From the NCBI GenBank assembly GCA_963818935.1, contig CAWFUK010000022.1, forward strand, positions 30,012 through 94,011: a stretch of 64,000 nt of DNA. Direction: 5' to 3'. The position numbers were made by a program, and so were the translations under genes. The notes under the pieces were generated by a model that worked only from the letters and a program-made list of their open reading frames with translations, did no database searches and was not told the DNA's origin. Below, piece after piece: positions 1 to 10,502 of this stretch (the stretch's first letter is position 1; each line of letters starts with the position of its first letter). This DNA is from an uncultured Acidobacteriaceae bacterium. Its GTDB lineage: Bacteria > Acidobacteriota > Terriglobia > Terriglobales > Acidobacteriaceae.

Positions 1-1782
1 TCGATTGACGATGCCGTAGCTCTCGCGCTGGAAAATAATCTCGATATCGATATCGCCCGCTACAACTTGAATATCGCCGACACCGATTATCTGCGGGCAA
101 AGTCGGGCGCCAGCATCCTCGGCGTCAACGCCGGAATCGTGCAGAACACGCCCGGCGGCGGCATTGGTGGCCTGGGCGGAACCGTTGGCTCTGGCGCTGG
201 CGGCACGACCGTTGCCCCCAGCGGCATCGGAACCGGCACCAACGGGTTGGCTCAGTCCACGCTTGGCATTGGGTCGCCCATCACCAGCTTCGATCCAGTC
301 CTCACGGGCACGCTGCAACTCGATAAGAACGACAGCGAGTCCGTCAGCGCCTTCAGTCCTGTTCCTGTCATCGGGCAAAACACCTATACCGCAAATTTTG
401 CATACACGCAGGGATTTCAGTGGGGCACGGCCATGTCGGTGGGATTCAATAACAGCCATATCACCACCAACAACACCACCAGTTTGTTGACTCCCGAAAT
501 CAGCTCTAACTTCCAATTCAGGCTGACTCAGAATCTTTTGCAGGGATTCGGCTCCCTTCCCAACCTGCGATTTATTCGCATCGCGAAAAACAATCGGCAA
601 ATTTCCGACGTGGCTTTTCGTCTGCAGACGATTACCACCGTCGATCAGATCGAAAACATGTATTGGGATCTGGTTTATGCCTACGAAAACGTGCGCGTGC
701 AGCAGGAAGCTCTCACCTATGCGCAGAAGGCGCTGGACGACTCCAAACAGCAGGCCAAGGTTGGAACTGTGCCGCCGATCCAGGTGGTAAGCGCGCAGAG
801 CACGCTCGCAACGGATCAGCAGAACCTGATCCTGGCGCAGAACAATCTGCAGCTGGAACAATTGCTGATGAAGAACGCCGTGAGCCGCAGCGTCGAAGAT
901 CCGATGCTGGCGGAAGCCGACGTCATTCCCACCTCGACCATGCAACTGCCGCAGCAAGAAGAGACAATTCCGATTCAGGATTTGATTAATCAGGGCCTTA
1001 GCAATCGCGCCGAACTGGCGGAGTCGCGCATCGACCTCAATTCGCGCGACCTCAGCTCGAGAGCGGTGCGCAATGCATTGCTGCCGACGCTCGATGCTTT
1101 CGCGTATTACGGCGGATCCGGCGTGGGCGGGAATGTAAATCCGGCCTGCCAGTTTTCGGGAATATCCTGTTTTAATCCCGCCACCGCGCCTCCTCCCTTC
1201 GTAAACGGCGGTCCCGTTGGCTACGGCAGCACTTTGAACCAACTCGTCAACTCCACTGCGCCCGACAAAGGTGTGGGCCTGACGTTGAGCATTCCGATAC
1301 GGAATCGCGAGGCGCAGGCCAACCAGGTGCGCGCGGAGCTGGAATATCGCCAGGCCCAGGTACGTTTGCATCAGTTAGAGAATCAAGTGCGCATCGAAGT
1401 GCGCAACGCGGAGTTCGACGTGAAGCAAAATCGCGCGGCCGTCGAATCCGCTCAATATGCCGTGGACTTTTCCCGCCAGACGCTGGATGCCGACCAGCAA
1501 AAACTGAAAGTCGGACTCACCACCACAACCGCGATCTTGCAGGACGCTTCCGTGCTAACCACGTCTGAGTCGAATCTGGTCTCGGCCAAAGCCGCTTACG
1601 AGAAATCGCGAATCGAACTGGACCGCGCCACCGGATTGCTGCTCGACCACTCTGGGATCAACGTCGCCGAAGCGGCGCGCGGCCAAGTCCAGCATCAGCC
1701 GAATGTTCCGTACGTGGCGCCGAGAAAGGACCTGACGCCGAGAGGGAAGCAGAGCGAAAGCACACAGCCGCCCGGCGAGTAA
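1..1782 (+). CDS. TolC-family outer membrane efflux protein (5' end lies outside the window)
   Basis: Frame 1 is open from base 1 (SIDDAVALALENNLDIDIARYNL...) and continuous with ORF 67..1782. It shows a two-repeat coiled-coil pattern and the C-terminal AKAAYEKSRIELDRATGLLL typical of OEP/TolC proteins. Confidence 0.8.
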   Translation, partial: SIDDAVALALENNLDIDIARYNLNIADTDYLRAKSGASILGVNAGIVQNTPGGGIGGLGGTVGSGAGGTTVAPSGIGTGTNGLAQSTLGIGSPITSFDPVLTGTLQLDKNDSESVSAFSPVPVIGQNTYTANFAYTQGFQWGTAMSVGFNNSHITTNNTTSLLTPEISSNFQFRLTQNLLQGFGSLPNLRFIRIAKNNRQISDVAFRLQTITTVDQIENMYWDLVYAYENVRVQQEALTYAQKALDDSKQQAKVGTVPPIQVVSAQSTLATDQQNLILAQNNLQLEQLLMKNAVSRSVEDPMLAEADVIPTSTMQLPQQEETIPIQDLINQGLSNRAELAESRIDLNSRDLSSRAVRNALLPTLDAFAYYGGSGVGGNVNPACQFSGISCFNPATAPPPFVNGGPVGYGSTLNQLVNSTAPDKGVGLTLSIPIRNREAQANQVRAELEYRQAQVRLHQLENQVRIEVRNAEFDVKQNRAAVESAQYAVDFSRQTLDADQQKLKVGLTTTTAILQDASVLTTSESNLVSAKAAYEKSRIELDRATGLLLDHSGINVAEAARGQVQHQPNVPYVAPRKDLTPRGKQSESTQPPGE

Positions 1783-1853
1783 GCCTTAATGGCGGTTGCG
1801 TTTCTTTGCGACTCAGCGAAACTTCCCAGCGAACTCGGCTATTGATCTTGATC

Positions 1854-2963
1854 TCAAGCGCGCTCGTAAAAGCGAAAGAACAGCGCCTGCTTCGAAACGG
1901 GCTGCGCCTTCTCGCTGAGCGACAACATCTGTTGCTGATTCAATGGGGTGAACTCCCGCGCCAGTTGCACATTCTCCTGCAACTGCTTCACCGAATCGCA
2001 ACCGATGATGACAGTACTGACTGGCAGGGAAAGTGAATAGTACATCGCCTGGCGCATGTTCAGCGTCCCCGGCGAAGTTGTCTGCACCATCCCCTCCCAC
2101 ATATGTTTCTGATCTTCCAGAGGCGGCGGAGTCCACGACGAGAGAATGCGGCCGCGCGCCGGAACTTTCATGCCAATAATGCCCATCTGCTGCTCGACCG
2201 CCAGCGGCAGCAACTGCTCGGAGAAGCTGAAGTGGTGCGGGTCGGCGGCATTCACTGCCATCAGGATCGTGTCGAAGGGATAGCGCCGGATTGCCTCGAT
2301 CAGCGCCTCTGGCCGGTAGTGGCCGGTCACGCCGAGGTAGCGCACAATCTTCTGCTCGCGCGCTTCCAGCAGAGCTTCCATGGCTCCGCCTTTGGCAAAT
2401 ATTTCGTTGACATCCGTCATCGTCCCAACGTCGTGCAGTTGCCACAGATCGACGTGATCGGTCTGCAACAGCGTGAGCGACTTCTCGATCATGCGCATCG
2501 AGCCCTCACGCGTGCGCTCTTTGGTTTTCGTCGCCAGAAAAGCTTCGGCACGGCGGTGTTTCATCACCTTGCCCACGTATTGCTCGCTCCAACGCTCAGG
2601 ACCGCCATAGATCGACGACGTATCGATGTAGTTGACGCCGAGATCGAGAGCCTTTTCGATAATCGGGACTGCGACGGCTTCGTTGCTGGCTTTCTCCAGC
2701 GACGCCTGTCCGCCGAGGGAGAAGATGCCGACTTTGTATCCCGTCTTGCCCAGATTTCTGGTCGGCATAGCGCTCGAAGTTGCAGAGTTCGAAGGAAGAT
2801 TCGAAGTCGCATTCGGAGCCAGCTTCGACTGGCCTTTGGCAATAGCAGGCACGGCGGTTGACCCAATTGCGGCTGCTGTGAGAAGGCCGCCGGCTTTGAG
2901 AAAAGCACGCCGCTTGGCGTTGGACGGCTGGTTGGACGGCAGATCTGCAATAGGATTGCTCAT
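1854..2963 (-). CDS. Tat-exported aldo/keto reductase
   Basis: 369-aa ORF with a twin-arginine signal (KRRAFLKAGG...VPAIA) and an AKR core (LGVNYIDTSSIYGG, RYLGVTGHY). Confidence 0.85.
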   Translation of the reverse strand: MSNPIADLPSNQPSNAKRRAFLKAGGLLTAAAIGSTAVPAIAKGQSKLAPNATSNLPSNSATSSAMPTRNLGKTGYKVGIFSLGGQASLEKASNEAVAVPIIEKALDLGVNYIDTSSIYGGPERWSEQYVGKVMKHRRAEAFLATKTKERTREGSMRMIEKSLTLLQTDHVDLWQLHDVGTMTDVNEIFAKGGAMEALLEAREQKIVRYLGVTGHYRPEALIEAIRRYPFDTILMAVNAADPHHFSFSEQLLPLAVEQQMGIIGMKVPARGRILSSWTPPPLEDQKHMWEGMVQTTSPGTLNMRQAMYYSLSLPVSTVIIGCDSVKQLQENVQLAREFTPLNQQQMLSLSEKAQPVSKQALFFRFYERA

Positions 2964-3151
2964 GATGAACCTCCGCGCCCGATTGGCTCGTGCTGCGAGC
3001 CGAGAACAATCTGATCGTACACCGATCTTTTACGAAAATTACACCGTCATCCTGAATAGGTATCGAGGCATCCATTGCCGCTAGCGGGTTGAATCGTTAG
3101 ACTTGGGTTGCAATCAACAATCAGAACACAGCCGTCAACCATGTCTAACCC

Positions 3152-3919
3152 ATGACCCTCTCCGTGGCCATTGTCTGCCAGGATGAAGAGGCCAATATTG
3201 GCCGCACTCTGGCCAGCGTGCGCTGGGCCGATGAAATCGTGCTGGTCGACTCTGGCTCGAAAGATCGCACCTGCGAAATTGCCCGCGAGTATGGGTCGCA
3301 CATCGTCGTCGAGCCGTGGCGCGGCTACGTGGCGCAGAAGCAGTATGCGATCGACCTTTGTACCAAGGAGTGGGTGCTGCTGCTCGACGCCGATGAAGAA
3401 GTGAGTCCAGGCTTAGCGGATGAAATTCGTGCAGCCATCGCCGATCCGAACGCGGCGAGCGGTTACAAACTTCCGCGCAAGAATCTGTTCCTCGGCCGCT
3501 GGATGCGGCACGGCGGCTTCTATCCTGATCCCAAGCTGCGCCTGTTTCGTCGGGGGCAAGGATTCGTCACCGGCCACGACCCACACGACCGCTGCGAACT
3601 GAAGCCGGACGTCCCACAAAATACAAAACAGTTCCGCAACGCGCTGGTGCACTACACTTACCCTAACCTGACGCTCTATCTCGGCCACATGAACCGCTAT
3701 TCGTCGCTGGGCGCACAACTGGCGATTGCGAAAGGCCATCGCAGCTTCAGTTTCAGTGATATCGTAGCGCGCCCCCTGCTGACTTTCTTCTACAACTATT
3801 TCGTTCGCTTGGGATTTCTTGACGGCCGTGAAGGATTGCTGCTGCACCTGTATCACGCCGGATATGTTTCATGGAAGTATGCGAAGGCGTGGGAACTTTC
3901 TCGCAATCGGCCAGAATAA
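3152..3919 (+). CDS. Family 2 glycosyltransferase
   Basis: VAIVCQDEEANIGRTLASV, VDSGSKDRT and the LLLDADEE (DxD-like) motif, with the length typical of small GT2 enzymes. Confidence 0.8.
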   Translation: MTLSVAIVCQDEEANIGRTLASVRWADEIVLVDSGSKDRTCEIAREYGSHIVVEPWRGYVAQKQYAIDLCTKEWVLLLDADEEVSPGLADEIRAAIADPNAASGYKLPRKNLFLGRWMRHGGFYPDPKLRLFRRGQGFVTGHDPHDRCELKPDVPQNTKQFRNALVHYTYPNLTLYLGHMNRYSSLGAQLAIAKGHRSFSFSDIVARPLLTFFYNYFVRLGFLDGREGLLLHLYHAGYVSWKYAKAWELSRNRPE

Positions 3920-4007
3920 GGGAATTGTTTCTCGGTTAGAATGCTTCGGGCTCGCCAGAGAGAGTGTGGTTACGTTCTGGGGTCTGCGTCTATCCAGTGG
4001 AGTCTCT

Positions 4008-5123
4008 ATGTTCACAATTCGATGGCTTGCGCTAGTCCTTCCCTTTCAGCTGTTACTCTCAATTCTTGTTCTTGGACAAGCCACGCAATCGCCAGCCACC
4101 GCGAGCCGCATTCTGCTGGCTCTCAACGCTGATGAGGCGGAATCGGTCCTCGCCATTCTTGACAAACGTGGGGCGGGAGGCAACGTCACCGTCGATGACT
4201 GGCAGCACCTTTTCGCCACCGAGCCTTACCAGCAATTGAAAAAGCGCGAAACCAGCTTGCATCGTGATTTTACCGACGACGATTTCAAGAAGTTCGTGAT
4301 GTCGCCGGAACTGGCCGCGAAAGCTTTTTCGCTGCGGCACACGCTCGACGTGTGGCGGCAGGCTGATCTGGAAGCATCAGCGCGACGCGTACTCAATTAT
4401 TTACCCCAGCAAGCTCACATCAAAGCCAAGATATTTCCCATGATCAAGCCGAAAACGAACAGCTTCGTCTTCGAGACTCCGACCAATCCCATGATTTTTC
4501 TCTACCTCGATCCGGACGAATCGGCGGCCAAATTCGAAAATACGGTCGCGCATGAGTTGCATCACATCGGACTCGCTAGCGTCGATTCGCAGATCGCAGC
4601 CAAGTTGAAGGATCTCCCGGCGAACGTGAGGCCGGCGGTCGATTGGATGAGCGCATTCGGCGAGGGCTTTGCCATGCTGGCAGCCGCAGGGGGGCCGGAT
4701 GTTGATCCGCACGCGACAAGTTCGCCTGCAGATCGTGCGCGCTGGGAGCACGACTTGTCGGACTTCAACCAGAATCTGGAGTTGCTCCAAAACTTTTTTC
4801 TCGATGTCATCCACCAGAAGATAAAAGGTAAAGATCAGATTGACGAAAAAGCGTTCACCTTTTTTGGAGTGCAAGGTCCCTGGTACACCGTCGGCTACAA
4901 AATGGCGGTGGTGATCGAGAGGCGTTATGGGCGAAAGCGTTTGATCGAATGCATGCTCGATCCAGGGGATTTATTGGCTACCTACAACCGCGCGGCGGCG
5001 GAGATTAATAAATCGGGCAAGGAGAATTTAGCGCTTTGGTCGCCAGAACTCATGGAGAAAATCTGTGTGCCCGCAGCATCGAAGAAGCATTCGGCAGCGA
5101 CGAAGAACGGAGGCATCAGCTGA
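4008..5123 (+). CDS. Secreted putative zinc peptidase (HExxH), DUF5700-like (tentative)
   Basis: Internal ATG at 4008 gives a signal peptide (MFTIRWLALVLPFQLLLSILVLGQA). It carries a VAHELHHIG metal-binding motif. The upstream extension to 3819 overlaps the GT2 gene. Confidence 0.55.
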   Translation: MFTIRWLALVLPFQLLLSILVLGQATQSPATASRILLALNADEAESVLAILDKRGAGGNVTVDDWQHLFATEPYQQLKKRETSLHRDFTDDDFKKFVMSPELAAKAFSLRHTLDVWRQADLEASARRVLNYLPQQAHIKAKIFPMIKPKTNSFVFETPTNPMIFLYLDPDESAAKFENTVAHELHHIGLASVDSQIAAKLKDLPANVRPAVDWMSAFGEGFAMLAAAGGPDVDPHATSSPADRARWEHDLSDFNQNLELLQNFFLDVIHQKIKGKDQIDEKAFTFFGVQGPWYTVGYKMAVVIERRYGRKRLIECMLDPGDLLATYNRAAAEINKSGKENLALWSPELMEKICVPAASKKHSAATKNGGIS

Positions 5124-5207
5124 CCGACCGGTCGTTCTATTCCGTGCTGACGTCTTGCTCCACCGCGTTCACTTCCCTATTATCGAAACAGAACACTGGG
5201 GTTCGCA

Positions 5208-7007
5208 ATGCCGGAAAAGAAGCCACCCAAGCCGCAAGTCGCTGAAAGTCCTATCGCTGAGGTTTTTGAAAGTCGCCATCCTTCGACCGCCGAGAAGAAC
5301 TGGGCGGAGAAAACGCTGGCGCCGACGCTTGAGAAAAACCCCGAGCGCCCGATCGGCGCGCCCACTGGCGTGAATCTTGATGAGCATGGGCATGCCCGGT
5401 TCACGACGATCTCCGGCGTACCGATTCGCCGCCTCTACACGCAGGCCGATCTCCCCGAGGACTGGAGCGAAGAAAAATATCTGGGCTATCCCGGCGAACC
5501 GCCCTATACGCGCGGTATCCATGCCACGGGGTATCGCGGCAAGCTCTACACCATGCGCCAGTTCTCCGGGTTCGCTTCGCCGGAAGAGACCAATCAGCGC
5601 TATAAATATTTGCTCGAGCACGGCGGCGGTGGACTTTCTGTTGCCTTCGATTTGCCCACACTCATGGGTTACGACTCCGATCATCCTGCGAGCGAGGGGG
5701 AGGTGGGTAAGTGCGGCGTGGCGATTGATTCGCTGGAGGACATGGAAATTCTCTTCAGCGGCATCGATCTGGAAAAAACTACGGTCTCCATGACCATCAA
5801 TTCGCCCGCGTCGGTGCTGTGGGCGATGTATTTAGTAGTGGCAGAAAAGCAGGGCGCGGACTGGAAAAAGATTTCCGGCACGATTCAGAATGACATTTTG
5901 AAGGAATACATTGCGCAGAAAGAGTATATTTATCCGCCCGCCCCGTCGATGCGCCTGGTGATCGACACCTTCGAATTCGGATCGAGATTCACGCCGCGCT
6001 TCAACACGATTTCCATCAGCGGCTACCACATTCGCGAGGCTGGTTCGACCGCGCTGCAGGAACTTGCCTTCACCTTGTACGACGGAGTCGAGTATGTGGA
6101 GTGGGCAAAGCGGCGTGGGCTCGATGTGGATGATTTCGGTCCGCGGCTCAGCTTTTTCTTCAACGCCCACAACGATTTCTTCGAAGAGATCGCGAAGTAT
6201 CGCGCGGCGCGAAAGATTTGGGCGCAGGTGATGAAAGATCGATTCGGCGCCAAGAATCAGCGTACTTGGCTGATGCGTTTTCACACGCAGACTGCCGGCG
6301 TGTCCCTGCCCGCGCAACAGCCGATGAATAACATCGCGCGCGTGGCGCTGCAGGCGCTGGCGGCCGTTCTCGGTGGCACCCAATCGCTGCACTGCGACTC
6401 GTACGATGAAGCGCTGGCCCTACCCACGGAAGAGGCTGCCCGCATTGCGCTGCGCACGCAGCAAATCATCGCATACGAGTCGGGCGTGACGCAGACGGTG
6501 GATCCGCTGGGCGGTTCTTATTTTGTGGAAGCGCAAACCCTGCAAATGGAAGTGGGCGCATTCGATTATTTTGGCAAACTCGATGCCATGGGCGGCATGG
6601 TGAAGGCCATCGAGCGCGGCTACCCTCAGAGGGAAATCGCCGAAGCATCCTATCAGTTTCAGCGCGCCGCAGAAGCCAGGGAGAAAATAATCGTTGGTGT
6701 GAACGACTTCGTGGTCGAGGAAGAATCTCCCCATATTCTTTACATTGACGAGAGCGTGGCACGGCAGCAGTCGGCCAAACTGAAAGCTTTGCGGGAGCGG
6801 CGTTCGAATGACGCAGTGCGGCGAACGCTGGATGCTTTAAAGAAAGCGGCGGCCCAAGAGCCGATTGCCGGCACGAACGGAAATGTCTCTCCGGCGAATA
6901 CCATGCCCTACATCATCGATGCGGTGCGGGCCTACGCGACCGTAGGAGAGATCTGCGAAGCGCTTCGAGAAGTGTACGGAACTTATACGGAAGTGAGCAT
7001 TACTTAG
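5208..7007 (+). CDS. Acyl-CoA mutase large (substrate-binding) subunit, isobutyryl-CoA-mutase-like
   Basis: [32 protein letters not shown] and [22 protein letters not shown]. The 599-aa TIM-barrel subunit has no fused B12 domain. Confidence 0.9.
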   Translation: MPEKKPPKPQVAESPIAEVFESRHPSTAEKNWAEKTLAPTLEKNPERPIGAPTGVNLDEHGHARFTTISGVPIRRLYTQADLPEDWSEEKYLGYPGEPPYTRGIHATGYRGKLYTMRQFSGFASPEETNQRYKYLLEHGGGGLSVAFDLPTLMGYDSDHPASEGEVGKCGVAIDSLEDMEILFSGIDLEKTTVSMTINSPASVLWAMYLVVAEKQGADWKKISGTIQNDILKEYIAQKEYIYPPAPSMRLVIDTFEFGSRFTPRFNTISISGYHIREAGSTALQELAFTLYDGVEYVEWAKRRGLDVDDFGPRLSFFFNAHNDFFEEIAKYRAARKIWAQVMKDRFGAKNQRTWLMRFHTQTAGVSLPAQQPMNNIARVALQALAAVLGGTQSLHCDSYDEALALPTEEAARIALRTQQIIAYESGVTQTVDPLGGSYFVEAQTLQMEVGAFDYFGKLDAMGGMVKAIERGYPQREIAEASYQFQRAAEAREKIIVGVNDFVVEEESPHILYIDESVARQQSAKLKALRERRSNDAVRRTLDALKKAAAQEPIAGTNGNVSPANTMPYIIDAVRAYATVGEICEALREVYGTYTEVSIT

Positions 7008-7102
7008 GTAGAAGTTCAACTGTTCGCGCCAGACCGGAATGGGAATAGAGCAAAATTGTCGTTGCTGACCCGACAAAAGTTCGCCACCTTCAGGCTATGA
7101 TC

Positions 7103-7123
7103 GAGGTTACGACGCGTAACCTC
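7103..7123. promoter_or_regulatory. Perfect 9-bp inverted repeat (GAGGTTACG-acg-CGTAACCTC) immediately upstream of the ORF6N gene
   Basis: Read directly from the sequence. It ends 3 nt before the ATG at 7127. It could be an operator or an RNA hairpin. Confidence 0.35.
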
Positions 7124-7126
7124 AAC

Positions 7127-7702
7127 ATGAAAAAATCAAGCAATGCAACCTTGCTGCGGATGCCGCGACAGGGTGGACCACGCTTCGCAGTGGAATCGCG
7201 CATCTTCTGTCTTCGCCGCCAACGAGTCATTCTTGACGCCGATATCGCCGAACTTTACGGCGTGCCAGTCAGGGCCCTCAACCAGGCTATCAAGCGCAAT
7301 CTAGGACGGTTTCCTTCAGACTTTCTGTTCCAATTGACCGCCACAGAGCACCAACTCTTGAGATCACAAAATGTGATCTCAAGAAAGAAACATGGCGGGA
7401 GGCGTTACGCTCCGTACGCGTTCACCGAGCATGGAGCGATTATGGCCGCAACTGTTCTCAACTCGAAGCACGCCGTTCAGACCAGCGTGTTTGTTGTGCG
7501 AGCCTTCGTAAGATTGCGCGAACTGCTTGCCACCGATCGCCGTCTCGCGGCCAAGCTTTACGAATTCGAGAACCGTCTGGGTACGCACGAGTCGGCGATT
7601 CAACAGCTTATCGCAGCGATCAACCAGCTCATAACGCCGAAGAGAAAGCGGAGAGTACGCATCGGGTTCGAACTTCCACCAGCCGCCAACGCGATGGCAT
7701 GA
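7127..7702 (+). CDS. ORF6N/KilA-N-type DNA-binding domain protein
   Basis: RQRVILDADIAELYGVPVRALNQAIKRNLGRFPSDFLFQLT ... GGRRYAPYAFTEHGAIMAATVLNS is the typical ORF6N domain signature. The start was chosen at the ATG after the palindrome. Confidence 0.75.
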   Translation: MKKSSNATLLRMPRQGGPRFAVESRIFCLRRQRVILDADIAELYGVPVRALNQAIKRNLGRFPSDFLFQLTATEHQLLRSQNVISRKKHGGRRYAPYAFTEHGAIMAATVLNSKHAVQTSVFVVRAFVRLRELLATDRRLAAKLYEFENRLGTHESAIQQLIAAINQLITPKRKRRVRIGFELPPAANAMA

Positions 7703-7802
7703 CCTGTATCAATCCGCATCGACCCTATCCCTGCAATTTTTTCGCTATCGATGCTGTTCGTTTTTTATTCACCCGCATTCGTTTCTGTGGTAAATCTGCT
7801 GC

Positions 7803-8489
7803 ATGCGCAAAGCAGTCAACCACCTCAAGAAATCTGATCCCGTCCTGCGGGCACTTATCGAGCGCATCGGGCCATGCCGCATGCAGTTTGGTCCGGCCGA
7901 ATTTCACAGCCTGGCAGAGGCGATTGTCTACCAGCAGCTTAATGGAAAGGCCGCGGAAACCATCTTTATGCGCTTCGCGGCGCTGGCGGGTGAACCGCTC
8001 ACGCCGCAAGGCATTCTGAAATTAACCGATGAACAGATGCATGCGGCAGGGTTATCGAAACAGAAATCGGCTTATCTCAAAGACTTAGCCGCCAAAACCG
8101 CAAGCGGCGAGCTCGATTTCGCTCGTTTACCGGAGTTGTCGGATGAAGAAGTCATCGCCCATCTGACGCAGGTCAAGGGCATCGGGGTGTGGACGGCGCA
8201 GATGTTCCTGATGTTCTCACTGAAGCGCGCAAACGTGCTGCCCACGGGCGACTATGGCGTACGCATGGCAATGTTCAAGCACTACCTGGATCGGCAGCGG
8301 GCCAAGGTGGTGAGGAAATCCTCGGCTCAACCGAAACCTGCTGCAAACAAGACGAAAAAGTCCAAAGCAAAGATCAAGCTGCCTAGCCCGGAACAGATGG
8401 AGAAGATTGCAAAACTTTGGTCGCCTTATCGCAGCATCGCCTGCTGGTATTTGTGGAAGAGCCTGGATACGAAGACTCTAAGGCCGTAG
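7803..8489 (+). CDS. DNA-3-methyladenine glycosylase II family (HhH-GPD, AlkA-like)
   Basis: HhH motif LTQVKGIGVWTAQMFLMF followed by LPTGDYGVR, which holds the catalytic Asp region. Confidence 0.8.
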   Translation: MRKAVNHLKKSDPVLRALIERIGPCRMQFGPAEFHSLAEAIVYQQLNGKAAETIFMRFAALAGEPLTPQGILKLTDEQMHAAGLSKQKSAYLKDLAAKTASGELDFARLPELSDEEVIAHLTQVKGIGVWTAQMFLMFSLKRANVLPTGDYGVRMAMFKHYLDRQRAKVVRKSSAQPKPAANKTKKSKAKIKLPSPEQMEKIAKLWSPYRSIACWYLWKSLDTKTLRP

Positions 8490-8533
8490 CTTCCAGTCGG
8501 ACACCTGTGCTCTACAGTGCTGTCTGTGGTTAA

Positions 8534-8956
8534 ATGAATGCGATGCCAGATATGAAAATTCGCGTGTTGGTCGCCAAGCCCGGGCTCGACGGACATGATC
8601 GCGGCGCGAAAGTGATTGCGCGCGCATTGCGTGACGCCGGCATGGAAGTAATTTATACGGGCTTGCGGCAGACTCCTGAGATGATTGTCAGCGCCGCGCT
8701 GCAGGAAGACGTGCAGGTGATCGGGTTGTCAATTCTTTCCGGCGCACACAATGCAATTGTTCCCCGGGTGATGGACCTGCTCAAGAAGAACAAGATGGAT
8801 GACGTTCTGGTGCTGGTGGGCGGCATCATTCCCGACCAGGACATCGGCGCACTCAAGCAATGCGGCGTGGCTGCGATCTTCCAGCCGGGGACCGCCATGG
8901 ACGACATCGTGAAATTCATCCGCGACAACGTGAAGGTCGCGGGCGTGGCAAGCTGA
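8534..8956 (+). CDS. Cobalamin-binding small subunit of the acyl-CoA mutase
   Basis: 140 aa with the DxHxxG motif (LDGHDRGAK) and Rossmann-like B12-binding fold motifs ([19 protein letters not shown]). Confidence 0.9.
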   Translation: MNAMPDMKIRVLVAKPGLDGHDRGAKVIARALRDAGMEVIYTGLRQTPEMIVSAALQEDVQVIGLSILSGAHNAIVPRVMDLLKKNKMDDVLVLVGGIIPDQDIGALKQCGVAAIFQPGTAMDDIVKFIRDNVKVAGVAS

Positions 8957-8986
8957 TCCGATCATCATCGCGCCATCGGGTAATTT

Positions 8987-9763
8987 TTGGATTTAGCAGT
9001 GCGAGAAATTATCGACCCCCAGATGACCCGATCACCGAATCATCCAATTTCTGCCGCCATTCGGCAGCAACTTGAGAGAACAGTCGGCCCGGCTCCGTGG
9101 TATTGGAAGACTTTTCCCGCATTTCAATCGTTATCAGGACAGCGCTTTTTCTGGACCCATCATGGCGACCAAGGTCCGCTAGCCTATCTGATCACTCTGG
9201 CGCTGGCTCAGGAGCCAGATCGGCCACGGCTGGCACTGAACACCTACTGTCGGCCATTCTTGGCAGCACCACACTACCTGGGCATCTGGTGCCCCGAGGG
9301 CCGCAGCATTCGCGTCGCCAGTTTTGATCCCGATCAACTCGGGGCATTCGATCTCGTGGAAATTGCCGGATGGTTCAAACAATCTTCCGATCGCATCTAT
9401 GCGAAAACTGCGCCAGTGGCGGAGTTCGAGGTGCCGCTCACGCTAGCTCCAGGCATGCACAAAATCGAGGTGCCGCCGGAACTCGCACAAATGGATGAGT
9501 TGATTGCGCCCACCAGTTACAAAGCGATGGCAAATGACGATCCCGCGTTCGCGTTGTTTGTTTTCTACCTTCAGGCGGGGCTCGTAGAGGTGTTGCCGCA
9601 GAAATGGTTCACCGCTTCGCAATACGAAGTCGGAAAGCAATGGATTTCGCGTGCCGGGCGCGATGCGGAATCGCATCGCATCTTCGGGGAATGTTTCGGG
9701 GTGGGAACATTTTTGCTGGAAGAAGATGGCTGCCGGCTGGCGACGATGGAGCGAAAAGCTTAG
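8987..9763 (+). CDS. Hypothetical protein
   Basis: 258-aa ORF in a gap that no other gene accounts for. It has no recognisable motif, and the start (TTG 8987 or ATG 9023) is uncertain. Confidence 0.4.
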   Translation: MDLAVREIIDPQMTRSPNHPISAAIRQQLERTVGPAPWYWKTFPAFQSLSGQRFFWTHHGDQGPLAYLITLALAQEPDRPRLALNTYCRPFLAAPHYLGIWCPEGRSIRVASFDPDQLGAFDLVEIAGWFKQSSDRIYAKTAPVAEFEVPLTLAPGMHKIEVPPELAQMDELIAPTSYKAMANDDPAFALFVFYLQAGLVEVLPQKWFTASQYEVGKQWISRAGRDAESHRIFGECFGVGTFLLEEDGCRLATMERKA

Positions 9764-9805
9764 AGTCTACGGTGCTTATGTGGCCGCGCTACGCCAGGAA
9801 GGCGA

Positions 9806-10468
9806 TTGGATGACAATTTGAAGGGATCGCCAATTCTCACTTCTCGCTTTTATAGTTTAGAGCATGGAGGAGTGACCAGAGTTCTGCGGCTTCAGTCCGA
9901 AGATGGGACCAACCGGCTGAAACGAGCGTGCGTTCTGGCGCTGACCTATGCCATTGAGCAACTGGCGGCGGAAGCGAGGCCGCTGGTAATCGCCGGGAAT
10001 TCTAAGTTTTTTTCGGCTGGCGCGGAGTTAGCAGAAATCGCAGCGCTCAATGGCCCGGCAGCGCATGAATTCGCCAGGATGGGACAGCATCTGATGCAAG
10101 TGATAGCTGATTTTCCGGCTCCGGTGTGGGCTGCGATTTCCGGCTACTGTATGGGCGGTGGTCTCGATCTCGCGCTGGCGTGCCACCGGCGAATCGCCTC
10201 CCCTCACGCGGCATTTGGCCACCGCGGTGCGGCTTTGGGGCTAATCACGGGCTGGGGAGGCACGCAACGTTTGCCGCGTTTGATCGGTAAAGGGGTGGCG
10301 CTCGAAATGTTTGTCGCGGCAGAAAAAATTAGCGCTCAACGCGCTCTCGCAGTTGGCTTGGTCGACGCGGTAGTGGATGATCCCGTGGCGCATGCGTTAT
10401 CGATAGTAAACAGAGAGTGCTTCCCCACGGAAGATGGAGCCCGCCCTCCGTTGCGCGCGCCGCTGTGA
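9806..10468 (+). CDS. Enoyl-CoA hydratase/isomerase (crotonase) family protein, short form
   Basis: FFSAGAELAE and GYCMGGGLDLALAC oxyanion-hole segments, with a TTG start. Confidence 0.7.
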   Translation: MDDNLKGSPILTSRFYSLEHGGVTRVLRLQSEDGTNRLKRACVLALTYAIEQLAAEARPLVIAGNSKFFSAGAELAEIAALNGPAAHEFARMGQHLMQVIADFPAPVWAAISGYCMGGGLDLALACHRRIASPHAAFGHRGAALGLITGWGGTQRLPRLIGKGVALEMFVAAEKISAQRALAVGLVDAVVDDPVAHALSIVNRECFPTEDGARPPLRAPL

Positions 10469-10502
10469 TTGTTATACGTTAAACAGTCCGACTTGTTTAC
10501 CC

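Noticed and set aside
3819-4007. Upstream extension of the HExxH peptidase ORF (the track gives 3819 as the start).
   Set aside because: The extension overlaps the 3' end of the GT2 gene and encodes Cys/Arg-rich nonsense. The ATG at 4008 gives a proper signal peptide.
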